Assembly: GCA_017882325.1 (NCBI GenBank)
Contig: JADGPQ010000003.1
Coordinates: 1 to 42,354, forward strand
Source of the DNA: Thermoleophilia bacterium
GTDB taxonomy: Bacteria > Actinomycetota > Thermoleophilia > UBA2241
Length of the DNA stretch: 42,354 nt
Direction: 5' to 3'
Every line of letters begins with the position of its first letter. Within the stretch, counting starts at the first letter, position 1. Positions 16,407 to 24,708 of the stretch are shown piece by piece. The notes under the pieces are model-generated. The model ran no database searches, was not told where the DNA came from, and worked only from the letters and a program-made list of their open reading frames with translations. The translations under genes were made by a program, and so were the position numbers.

Positions 16407-17560
16407 ACGCCGCCGCCCTCCGCGCGATCATTTTGGCGGCGGGGCTGTCGTCACGCATGCGGGAGCTTAAGCCGTTGCTCCCGCTTGACGCGGTTCCCGC
16501 GGTCCTCTGGGTCGCGGACGCTTACCGCGATGTGGGGCTCGAGGCCGTCGTCGTGCTCGGCTTCGGCGCGGAGCGCGTCGCCCCCCTGCTCAACGCGAGA
16601 GGGGTGCACTACGTGGTCAACCGGGGTTTCGAGGACGGCATGTACTCGTCGCTCCGTTGCGGCGTGCGGGCTCTGCCACCGGACGCCCGCGCCTTCTTCG
16701 TCCATCCCGTGGACTGCGCGCTCGTGCGCAGCGAGACGCTGGGCCTGCTGGCGCGTAGCGTCGGGGAGACGGGGGCCAGCGTCGTGTATCCCGTACACGA
16801 GGCCGAGCGCGGGCATCCTCCGCTCGTGCCTGCGGCGCTGCGCGACACTATCCTCGCGTCGGAGCCTGTGGGCGGCCTCAGGGAGCTGCTCGCACGGCGG
16901 GAGGCCGGGGCCTGCGAGGTGCAGGTCGACGATCCCAACGTGCTCCTCGACATGGATGACGCCGATGCCTACGAACGCCTTGCGGTGCGGGCCGCCCGCG
17001 AGCGCGTCCCGGATCCGGCCGCGTGCCGCCGACTCCTCGCGCGACTCCAGACGCCGGCGCCCCTGGTCGCGCACTCCCTGGCGGTCGCGGGCGTCGCGCG
17101 CCGTCTCGGCGCGGCGCTCCGCACCTCGGGTGTATCTCTCGATCTGAGGCTGCTCGAGGCTGCGGCTCTGCTCCACGACATCGCCCGCGCGACACCCGCG
17201 CACGCCGAAGCGGGCGCCCTTGTGCTCGAAGCCGAGGGCTACCCGCGGGTCGCTGCCGTCGTGCGCAGCCACATGCAGCTCCCGGGCCCGCCTCCCGCGC
17301 TGCCCGGCGAGCGCGAGGTGCTGTATCTCGCCGACAAGCTGACGGTCGGCAGCCGAACCATCGACCTCGACGGCAAGCGCCGGCGCGCCGAAGCCTTGTT
17401 CGCGAGCGATCCCGCGGCGCTGGACGCGGCTCGGATGCGGCTGGAAGCGGCGCGCGCCATTGAAGCGCGTGTCGCGTTTCTGGTGGGCCGGCCGGTGTCT
17501 GCCCTCCTTGACGCCAGCGTTCCGGCAGAGAGCGCGGGCGCGCCCAGCTCGGCGCCGTGA
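16403..17560 (+). CDS. MobA/MocA-like nucleotidyltransferase fused to a C-terminal HD domain
   Basis: ILAAGLSSRM..LKPLL, GMYSSL, PVD, GHP, DMDD; then HSLAV...AALLHDIA...H...H...YLADK. Confidence 0.9.
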   Translation: MNAAALRAIILAAGLSSRMRELKPLLPLDAVPAVLWVADAYRDVGLEAVVVLGFGAERVAPLLNARGVHYVVNRGFEDGMYSSLRCGVRALPPDARAFFVHPVDCALVRSETLGLLARSVGETGASVVYPVHEAERGHPPLVPAALRDTILASEPVGGLRELLARREAGACEVQVDDPNVLLDMDDADAYERLAVRAARERVPDPAACRRLLARLQTPAPLVAHSLAVAGVARRLGAALRTSGVSLDLRLLEAAALLHDIARATPAHAEAGALVLEAEGYPRVAAVVRSHMQLPGPPPALPGEREVLYLADKLTVGSRTIDLDGKRRRAEALFASDPAALDAARMRLEAARAIEARVAFLVGRPVSALLDASVPAESAGAPSSAP

Positions 17561-18327
17561 GCGACCGCGCGCAGATCAGGGCACTCCTCGCCTGCGACCT
17601 GGACGGGAGCCTGCTTGCCGGGGACGGGTCGCCGGCGCCCGGCATCGTCGAGGCGCTCGCCGCTCTCGCGGCGCGCGGAGCGCGGCTCGTCGTCTGCACG
17701 GGCCGTCCACTCCACGGCGCCGTCAAGGCGACCGCGGCCCTTCACGCTGCCCCGGTCGGCTACGTGTGTTATCACGGCGCGCTGGTCGTGGACGCGACTA
17801 CGGGCGAATGGCTCAGACACGTGACGCTCCCCTGCGACGTCGTCTCCGGCATCATCGGCGAGGCTCACCTGCTGGGCCTGTCGGCGACACTCTACGAAGG
17901 CGATGAGCGCCGAGATGTCGTCTCAGAGCTCCCCACCGCGGGGGGCGGTCCCTTCGCCGCGGGTGGCATCACCCGTCTCGTGTTGTCCGGCGACCCGGCC
18001 GGCGTCGCGGCCGCTCTCCCCGCGATCGCCGCATCCTGGGGTCGCAGCACCCACGTCGAGCGCGCGGGCGGCGGGACCGTCGCCATCTTGCCCGCCTCCG
18101 CGGACAAGGGTGAAGGGCTGCGCCTGATCGCCGCGCGCTTCGGCGTCCCTCTCACGCACGTCGTCGCCTGCGGCGACTCCGCCGCCGACGAGACCCTTCT
18201 GAGGGCCGCCGGGGTCTCCATCGCCGTCGGCGACGCTCCTCGCTTGCTGCGAGCCGCCGCGCAGCTCGTCGTGAGTCAGGACGACCTCGCCGAGGCGCTA
18301 CAGCGCGCGGCGGAGTCGTTGGACTGA
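17557..18327 (+). CDS. HAD-superfamily hydrolase, Cof/IIB type
   Basis: CDLDGSLL, CTGR, DKGEGL, CGDSAADE; GTGA coupling to the upstream gene. Confidence 0.88.
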   Translation: MSDRAQIRALLACDLDGSLLAGDGSPAPGIVEALAALAARGARLVVCTGRPLHGAVKATAALHAAPVGYVCYHGALVVDATTGEWLRHVTLPCDVVSGIIGEAHLLGLSATLYEGDERRDVVSELPTAGGGPFAAGGITRLVLSGDPAGVAAALPAIAASWGRSTHVERAGGGTVAILPASADKGEGLRLIAARFGVPLTHVVACGDSAADETLLRAAGVSIAVGDAPRLLRAAAQLVVSQDDLAEALQRAAESLD

Positions 18328-18377
18328 CTCGCGGCGATTCCGGCGGCGGCGACGCGGCCTGCGCGACGACTGACGCG

Positions 18378-18413
18378 CGAAGGGCGGCGGGGCTTTCACC
18401 CCGCCGCCCTTCG
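18378..18413. terminator. Perfect 15-bp hairpin between convergent genes
   Basis: cgaagggcggcgggg-ctttca-ccccgccgcccttcg. Confidence 0.7.
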
Positions 18414-18462
18414 TCGTCACGGCGATCGTCACCTGCTCGGGCGACGATCCCTGGCCAGTCCT

Positions 18463-19827
18463 TCAATCCACCTTCGGCAGTCTCGCGATCGACGCGGCGA
18501 TCGCCTCCTCCGGGTGGTCGTAATCCTCGAGCTTGCCGCTGAGGTAGGCGTCGTATGCGCCCAGGTCGAGAAAGCCGTGGCCGGTGAGGTTGAACAGGAT
18601 GTTCCTGCTCTCACCTGCCTCCTTGGCCGCAAGGGCCTCGTCGATGGTGGTGAGGATCGCGTGCGCGCTCTCCGGCGCCGGCACGATCCCTTCGGTCTGC
18701 GCGAAGAGCTGTGCCGCCGCGAAGACCTTCGTCTGCGGAACCGCCACTGCCTCCATCAGCCCCAGGTCATACGCGTGGCTGATGAGCGGCGCCATGGCGT
18801 GGTAACGCAGGCCACCGGCGTGGATGCCGGCCGGCATGAAGTCGTGCCCGAGCGAATACATCTTGAACAGCGGCGTGCTCTGCGCCTCGTCGCCGAAGTC
18901 GTAAACGAACTTGCCCTTGGTCAACGTGGGGCAGGCGGTGGGCTCCACGGCCAGCAGACGGGTGTTCGTCTTGCCGGCGAGGTTCTCGCGCAGGAAGGGG
19001 AAGGCGATGCCAGCGAAGCTGGAACCGCCGCCAACGCAGCCGACGATGACGTCGGGGTAGGCGTCGGCGTCCTGACACTGCAGGAGCGCCTCCTCGCCGA
19101 TGATCGTCTGGTGCAGCAGCACGTGGTTGGTCACGCTGCCCAGCGAGTACTTGGAACCGGGGTGAGTGACGGCGTCTTCCACGGCCTCGCTGATGGCGAT
19201 GCCGAGGCTGCCGAGCGATTCCGGGTCCTCGGCCAGCACGGCGCGGCCGGCGTTGGTCTGGTCGCTGGGGCTGGGGATGACGTTGGCGCCCCAAAGCTGC
19301 ATCATGCTGCGCCGATAGGGCTTCTGGTGGTAGCTCACCTTGACCATGTAGACCATGCACTCGAGGCCGAACATCTGGCAGGCCATGCTGAGGGCGCTGC
19401 CCCATTGGCCGGCGCCGGTCTCTGTGGCGAGGCGCGTGGTGCCGTCGAGCTTGTTGTAGTACGCCTGCGCGACGGCGGTGTTGCTCTTGTGCGAGCCGGC
19501 CGGGCTGACGCCCTCGTACTTGAAGAAGATCTTGGCCGGCGTGTCCAGCGCCTTCTCGAGGCCGGTGGCGCGGATCAGCGGTGAGGGCCTCCACATGCGA
19601 TAGATCTGGTGGATCTCCTCGGGGATCTCGATGTAGCGCTCCGCCGAGACCTCCTGGGCGATGATGCTGGGCGGGAAGATCGGCGCCAGGTCATCGGGGC
19701 CGGCCGGCTGCAGGGTCGCAGGGTTGAGCGGCGGCGATGGCGGCGTGGGGAGGTCGGCGACGATGTTGTACCACGCCTTGGGGATCCTCTCCTCGTCAAG
19801 GACGAACTTCTTCTTGTACTCGCTCAT
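18463..19827 (-). CDS. trpB2: Tryptophan synthase beta chain, type 2 (TrpB2, PLP-dependent)
   Basis: IPKAWYNI, WRPSPLIRA, KYEGVSPAGSHK (PLP Lys), TETGAGQWG, GCVGGGS, HAGGLRYH, PAPESAHA; GGAGG SD; no trpA nearby. Confidence 0.95.
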   Translation of the reverse strand: MSEYKKKFVLDEERIPKAWYNIVADLPTPPSPPLNPATLQPAGPDDLAPIFPPSIIAQEVSAERYIEIPEEIHQIYRMWRPSPLIRATGLEKALDTPAKIFFKYEGVSPAGSHKSNTAVAQAYYNKLDGTTRLATETGAGQWGSALSMACQMFGLECMVYMVKVSYHQKPYRRSMMQLWGANVIPSPSDQTNAGRAVLAEDPESLGSLGIAISEAVEDAVTHPGSKYSLGSVTNHVLLHQTIIGEEALLQCQDADAYPDVIVGCVGGGSSFAGIAFPFLRENLAGKTNTRLLAVEPTACPTLTKGKFVYDFGDEAQSTPLFKMYSLGHDFMPAGIHAGGLRYHAMAPLISHAYDLGLMEAVAVPQTKVFAAAQLFAQTEGIVPAPESAHAILTTIDEALAAKEAGESRNILFNLTGHGFLDLGAYDAYLSGKLEDYDHPEEAIAASIARLPKVD

Positions 19828-19961
19828 GACCTACCTCCTCTCGAAACGCGATGGCGGTGCGGATGCACGACTGGTGACTCCCTGGGTAGGGGAACGGGAA
19901 GACCACGGTGGTGTGGTCGGGGTGCGGGCAGGGCCCGCGCGGGATGTCGAGAATGGGCGCG

Positions 19962-20030
19962 CTACGCGCGCCAGAGCCAGCGACGCCGGGGGCGCGAGGT
20001 GCTGCGGCTGTTGGCGTCGTTGGTCGTCAT
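19962..20030 (-). CDS. trpL: Putative tryptophan attenuator leader peptide (MTTNDANSRSTSRPRRRWLWRA, 22 aa)
   Basis: Short ORF ending 134 nt upstream of trpB2, with two TGG codons (W-L-W) near the stop. It follows an extended -10, and a GC hairpin covers the second Trp codon and the stop. Confidence 0.75.
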   Translation of the reverse strand: MTTNDANSRSTSRPRRRWLWRA

Positions 20031-20040
20031 CGTGGGCGGG

Positions 20041-20049
20041 ATTGTACCA
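20041..20049 (-). promoter_or_regulatory. Extended -10 (TGGTACAAT) of the leader/trpB2 transcript
   Basis: Near-consensus TGn-TACAAT 10 nt before the leader ATG; a TTGCGT lies 19 nt further upstream. Confidence 0.65.
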
Positions 20050-20108
20050 CGAGAGGGAAGTGAGGACGCAAGCGCAATCGTAGCAAGCGATCCGCGGCTC
20101 ACGCCGCC

Positions 20109-21797
20109 TCAGCCGGCGACGGGCTTCTCTGGAGCGGGCGCGGTCGGCGCAGGCGCACCGCCCGGCAGGATTGTTTCCCTCAGGGGATAGGGCGAGCCCG
20201 GGTGCGCGAACAGGAAGCCCTGTCCGTAGCTGATACCGAGCGCCAGGAGGGCATCGAGCTGCGCCTGGGTCTCGATGCCTTCCGCCACCAGGCCGATACC
20301 GGCCTGCTGGCAGAAGTCACGCAGCGTGCCGACCAGCTTCTGCTTCACCACGGAACTCTCCAGATGGCGCGTCAGGCTCATGTCGAGCTTGATGAAATCG
20401 GGTTCGATCTCCACCATCGTCTGCAGGCCGGCATAGCCGGCGCCGGCGTCGTCGATGGCGATGCGGAAGCCTTGATCGCGCAGCCGGTCGACCACGTGGC
20501 GCATGTGGACGAAATCGTCGATGACGCTGTTCTCGGTGATCTCCATGACGGTCTGGCCGCGCAGCACCTCGGGCGTGGCGTCGATGAACTCCTGCACGGA
20601 GATGTCGCCGTGGGAGCGCGAGAACAGGTCGATGGGCTCCATGTTGATGAAGCGAAGGCAGTCCGCCGGCAGGGTCGCGCTGCCGCGTGCCGCCATCATG
20701 CGACAGAGGCGGTCGAGCTCGGGGACGCGGTTCTCGGCTCGCGCGACCTCGAAGAGGGCGTCGGGGCGGTGGAGCTCGCTCTGCAAGGGCCCGCGGGCGA
20801 GGAGCTCGTAGCCGATCACCGAGTAATCGCTCAGGCTGACGATGGGCTGGTAGACGCAGGTGATCTGAGCCTCGTGGATCACACGCTCGAACTCCGCGCT
20901 CAGGCGATGCTGGACCAAGCTGCGCTCCTGCTGGATGCCGCGGGTGGCGCGCTCGATGGCTTCGAGCAGGGCGCGCTTAAAGCGCACTTTGGGCGACTGC
21001 CCGAGGCGCGAATAGCCCACGTAGAGGTCGACGTGCGCCATGAACTTGCTCTCCAGCTCGCCGGCGAGCAGGTCGAGCAGCTGTTCCTCGAGGCGGCCCT
21101 TGACGAGGCGCAGGTCGTCTTCATCCACGAAGCCGCGGTCGCGCGCCGGGGCGAGGATGACGAGGAAAGCATTGCCGAGGCTCGAGACGGAGACGAAGTC
21201 CTCGTTGCGGATGAGGCGGCCACGCGTCTCGGAGAGACGCCTGCCGATGATGCGGAAGACGTCGTCCACGGCCTCGAAGCCTTGCTGCTGCTCGAGCGCG
21301 TGCACGCCGTCCAGTGTGACGTAGAGGATGCCGAGCTGGCTGTGGTCGAACAGGCGGCGCTGCACCTCGACCTGGACGCTGGCCAAAGTCGGCAGGCCCG
21401 TGATCTCGTCGTAGTAGACGGACGCGTCGCGCAGCACTTCGCTGACGGTCTGCAGCAGGCGCTCGGTGCGGAACGGCTTGGTGACGTAGGCGGATGCGCC
21501 GGAGCGGTTGGCCTCCATCATGTTGGCCAGCTCGGTCTTGGCCGTGAGGAACACGACGGGGATGTCCTTCGTGTAGCCGAACTGCAGTTCGCGGCACACC
21601 TGGTAGCCGTCCATGCCCGGCATCATGACGTCCAGCAACACGAGATGGGGGTGCTGCGTGTAGGCGAGCTCGAGACCATGCTCTCCGCTGTTGGCGGCCA
21701 CGGTCTCGTACCCCTGCGACTCAAGGGCGTCGCAGACGGTTCCTGTAAGCTCGACGTCATCGTCGATCACGAGGATCCGGATCTTCTCGCCGGACAT
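20109..21797 (-). CDS. Response-regulator receiver + degenerate GGDEF + EAL domain protein (probable c-di-GMP phosphodiesterase)
   Basis: REC: VIDDD, LLDVMMP, FLTAK, KPF. GGDEF remnant: DEITGLP, with the signature replaced by SLGNAF. EAL: YQPIV, YELLAR, EITE, DDAGAGY, IKLD, AEGIET, QGFLF. GGAGG SD before ATG 21797. Confidence 0.9.
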   Translation of the reverse strand: MSGEKIRILVIDDDVELTGTVCDALESQGYETVAANSGEHGLELAYTQHPHLVLLDVMMPGMDGYQVCRELQFGYTKDIPVVFLTAKTELANMMEANRSGASAYVTKPFRTERLLQTVSEVLRDASVYYDEITGLPTLASVQVEVQRRLFDHSQLGILYVTLDGVHALEQQQGFEAVDDVFRIIGRRLSETRGRLIRNEDFVSVSSLGNAFLVILAPARDRGFVDEDDLRLVKGRLEEQLLDLLAGELESKFMAHVDLYVGYSRLGQSPKVRFKRALLEAIERATRGIQQERSLVQHRLSAEFERVIHEAQITCVYQPIVSLSDYSVIGYELLARGPLQSELHRPDALFEVARAENRVPELDRLCRMMAARGSATLPADCLRFINMEPIDLFSRSHGDISVQEFIDATPEVLRGQTVMEITENSVIDDFVHMRHVVDRLRDQGFRIAIDDAGAGYAGLQTMVEIEPDFIKLDMSLTRHLESSVVKQKLVGTLRDFCQQAGIGLVAEGIETQAQLDALLALGISYGQGFLFAHPGSPYPLRETILPGGAPAPTAPAPEKPVAG

Positions 21798-21917
21798 GGT
21801 CCTCCCGCCCGTGGCCCGCGCGGAGTGCGCCGCATACCCTCTATCGGCCGTCATCCGCGAAACGTTTACACAGTAGACTAGTCGGAGCACGGAAGCACGC
21901 GACGACGGGAGACGCAG

Positions 21918-22868
21918 ATGAAGGGGTACGGGCCCGCAGACTCTTTGCAGACGCCGCGCTTCGCGGGCATCTCCACGTTTCTGCGCCTGCCCCACACCAC
22001 GCATCTCGACGCTGTGGACGTGGCGTTCGTGGGCCTGCCCTTCGACACCGGCGTGAGTTTCCGCGCCGGGGCGCGCTTCGGGCCCAAGGCCATCCGCGAG
22101 GGGTCCCTGGCCCTACGCCCCGACTACAATCCCGCGCAGCGTGTCGCGGTCTTCGACCGTCTGTCGGCGATCGACTACGGGGATGCGTCCATCGTCCCCG
22201 GCTTCACCGACCGCTCCTACGACAAGATGTCCGCCGCGCTGCGCGTGGTCCACGAGGCCGGCGCGGTGCCCATCGGGTTCGGCGGCGACCACAGCGTGCT
22301 CCTCGCCGAGCTGAGGGCCGCGGCCGCCACGCACGGCCCCGTCGCGCTGATCCAGTTCGACGCGCACAGCGACACCTGGGACGAGTACTTCGGGGAGAAG
22401 TTCACGCACGGCACGGTGGTGCGACGCGCCACCGAGGAGGGGCTGGTCGACGCCGCGCGATCGACGATGATGGGCATGCGCGGCGGGCTCTTCGGCCCCG
22501 ACGACCTGGATGATGCGCGGGACCTGGGGTTCACGGTGATCTCTTGGGACGACCTCGCGCAGCTGGGGACCGGCGCGGTCGCGGCCGCCGTGGAACGTGC
22601 CGGCGGCAAGGCGTTCCTCACTTTCGACATCGACTTCCTCGACCCGGCGTTCGCGCCCGGCACCGGTACGCCCGAGTGCGGCGGCCCCTCGTCGATGCAG
22701 GCGCTGGCGCTGCTTCGCGCCTGCCGGGGCCTGCAGATCGTCGGCGCAGATGTTGTGGAAGTGCTCCCCGACCTCGACAGCTCGCACCTCACGGCGACGC
22801 TCGCCGCGACGGTCGCGTGGGAGATCCTGAGCCTCGTGGCCGTCACGCTTTCGGACGGCGCCGCGTGA
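21918..22868 (+). CDS. speB: Agmatinase / ureohydrolase (arginase family)
   Basis: RAGARFGP, GGDHS, DAHSD, HGT, TFDIDFLDP..APGTGTPE, DVVEV. Substrate could also be a guanidino acid. Confidence 0.88.
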   Translation: MKGYGPADSLQTPRFAGISTFLRLPHTTHLDAVDVAFVGLPFDTGVSFRAGARFGPKAIREGSLALRPDYNPAQRVAVFDRLSAIDYGDASIVPGFTDRSYDKMSAALRVVHEAGAVPIGFGGDHSVLLAELRAAAATHGPVALIQFDAHSDTWDEYFGEKFTHGTVVRRATEEGLVDAARSTMMGMRGGLFGPDDLDDARDLGFTVISWDDLAQLGTGAVAAAVERAGGKAFLTFDIDFLDPAFAPGTGTPECGGPSSMQALALLRACRGLQIVGADVVEVLPDLDSSHLTATLAATVAWEILSLVAVTLSDGAA

Positions 22869-23695
22869 GTCTGCGCGTCGCCTGCGTGCAGATGAACACG
22901 CGCGGCGACGTGGCCGTCAACGTGCACGTCGCCAAAGCGCTGGTGGAGGAGGCCGCCGCTGCAGGCGCTCGCCTCGTGGCCCTCCCCGAGACGTGGGCGT
23001 ACAAGGGCGGCCGGGAGGGCATCCGCGCCAGTGCGGAGGCGGTGGAGGGACCGAGCAACGCCGCCTTGGCGCAGCTGGCGGCTCGGCTCGGCATCTTCGT
23101 GCTCGCCGGCTCGATCTACGAGCCCTCGCCCGAGCCAGGCCACGTGTTCAACACGTCGGCGCTGTGCGGCCCCGACGGCGCTCTGCTGGCGGTCTATCGC
23201 AAGATCCACTTGTTCGACCTCACCGCCGACACGACCGTGTACCGCGAATCGGAGGTCGTGACGCCCGGGTCGGACCTGGTCACGGTGGAGATCGACCTCG
23301 GGGCGCCGCCGCCGGTGACGCTCGGCCTCACGATCTGCTACGACCTGCGCTTCCCCGAGCTGTACCGCAGCCTAGCGCTTCGCCGCGCTCAGATCCTCTG
23401 CGTGCCGTCGGCGTTCACGGCGTTCACCGGCGCGGCCCACTGGGAGGTGCTGCTGCGCGCCCGCGCCGTCGAGAACGGCTGTTTCGTCATCGCCCCGGGG
23501 CAGGTGGGAGAGCATCTGCCGGGGCGCGAGTGCTTCGGCCACAGCATGATCGTCGACCCGTGGGGCACGGTGCTCGCCGAGGTGCATGACGGTGTGGGCT
23601 ACTGCGTGGCCGACCTCGACCTCGGGTGCGTCGCCGAGGTGCGCGCCCAGATCCCGTCGCTGCAGAACCGGCGGCCGGACGTCTACGACCTGTAG
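22865..23695 (+). CDS. Carbon-nitrogen hydrolase (nitrilase superfamily, Nit1/YbeM-like amidase)
   Basis: Catalytic triad in ALPE, YRKIHLFD and ICYDLRFPE; also HWEVLLRARAVEN, GHSMIVDPWG. GTG start overlaps the speB stop. Confidence 0.92.
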   Translation: MSLRVACVQMNTRGDVAVNVHVAKALVEEAAAAGARLVALPETWAYKGGREGIRASAEAVEGPSNAALAQLAARLGIFVLAGSIYEPSPEPGHVFNTSALCGPDGALLAVYRKIHLFDLTADTTVYRESEVVTPGSDLVTVEIDLGAPPPVTLGLTICYDLRFPELYRSLALRRAQILCVPSAFTAFTGAAHWEVLLRARAVENGCFVIAPGQVGEHLPGRECFGHSMIVDPWGTVLAEVHDGVGYCVADLDLGCVAEVRAQIPSLQNRRPDVYDL

Positions 23696-23742
23696 AGGCG
23701 CGAGGGCTCCGCTTCGGGCGCGACTGGCGCGGGGCGCCGGCG

Positions 23743-24633
23743 TCAGGCGCGGGCGGCCGCCGCAGGCGCGCCGCGTTCAGCCAGACGGCGCCGCACAAAG
23801 GCCAGGACGATGCCGATCACGAGACCGGCAAGGGCGCCGGCGGCTACGTTGAGCGTCAGGCTCGGGCCGCTGGGCGAATCGGGCACGGCGGCCTCCTGCA
23901 GGATGCGCGGCTGCTCGACCTGCCGGGCGATGAACAGCATCAGTTCGGTCTTCTGGTTGGCCGACTGCAGCGCTTCCTGCTCGGTGGCCGCAGCCTGGAC
24001 GATGGCGACGTAGGGCGCCGAGGCGGCGGCCCTCTCGGCGGCAGAGCCGCCGCCACGGGCGATGGCGGCCAGGCCGACCTGCGCGGCGGTGCTGCGTGCC
24101 ACCGACGCGGCCTGCCCCTTCTTGCCCGTCGCAAGCTGCTGCTCGAGCAAGATGATCTTCTCGTCCACGCCGGGGCTGATGTGCGTCACCAGCACGGCGG
24201 CGAGGGCGTTGGCCGCCGCCGCCGCGCGTTTCTTGTTCGTGTCGGTGACGGTGATCACGACGATGTTGACAACCGAGGTCGAGGTCTTGACCGTCGAGGA
24301 TGGCGTCTCGACTGTGGTCTGCTTGCGCAGCTTCGAGGCACTGATCTTCATGCCGGTCTTCTTCGCCGCCTCGTTGAGGAGCGCCTGGCTGGAAAGCAGC
24401 TGGGTGGCCGCCTTTGAGTTGGAGTTGAGGCCGGCCATCGGGTTGCCGTTGGCGTCGGTGGTCTGGCCGATGTACACCGAGGACGTGGCGCTGTACTGCT
24501 TGGGGGCGGCGAGGGTGACTACACCGCCGACGACCGCGCCGAGGACCACCAGCCCAAGGATGACCCACCAGTTGCGCAGCAGCGTGGCGAACCAGGAGCC
24601 CACGTCGATGGTCGTGGCGTCGTCGGTGCTCAT
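23743..24633 (-). CDS. Polysaccharide co-polymerase / chain-length determinant (Wzz/CapA/TuaF-like)
   Basis: Two terminal TM helices, P..Y.A.S.V motif, coiled-coil middle, P.SP.GP before TM2; GGAGG SD. Confidence 0.85.
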   Translation of the reverse strand: MSTDDATTIDVGSWFATLLRNWWVILGLVVLGAVVGGVVTLAAPKQYSATSSVYIGQTTDANGNPMAGLNSNSKAATQLLSSQALLNEAAKKTGMKISASKLRKQTTVETPSSTVKTSTSVVNIVVITVTDTNKKRAAAAANALAAVLVTHISPGVDEKIILLEQQLATGKKGQAASVARSTAAQVGLAAIARGGGSAAERAAASAPYVAIVQAAATEQEALQSANQKTELMLFIARQVEQPRILQEAAVPDSPSGPSLTLNVAAGALAGLVIGIVLAFVRRRLAERGAPAAAARA

Positions 24634-24708
24634 GCGTGCCTCCAGGATGCGATCATGCCCACATAGTATCGCAGGCGTCAGGCCATGTGCGGCCGCGGCG
24701 CCGCGTCG

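Noticed and set aside
19828-20030. T-box riboswitch upstream of trpB2
   Set aside because: No T-box bulge consensus (UGGNACC) or terminator seen; the leader-peptide model fits better.
21860-21917. Possible guanidine-II (mini-ykkC) riboswitch upstream of the ureohydrolase (ACGG/ACGA words)
   Set aside because: The ACGR words are not closed by convincing GC stems; an Rfam/Infernal scan would settle it.
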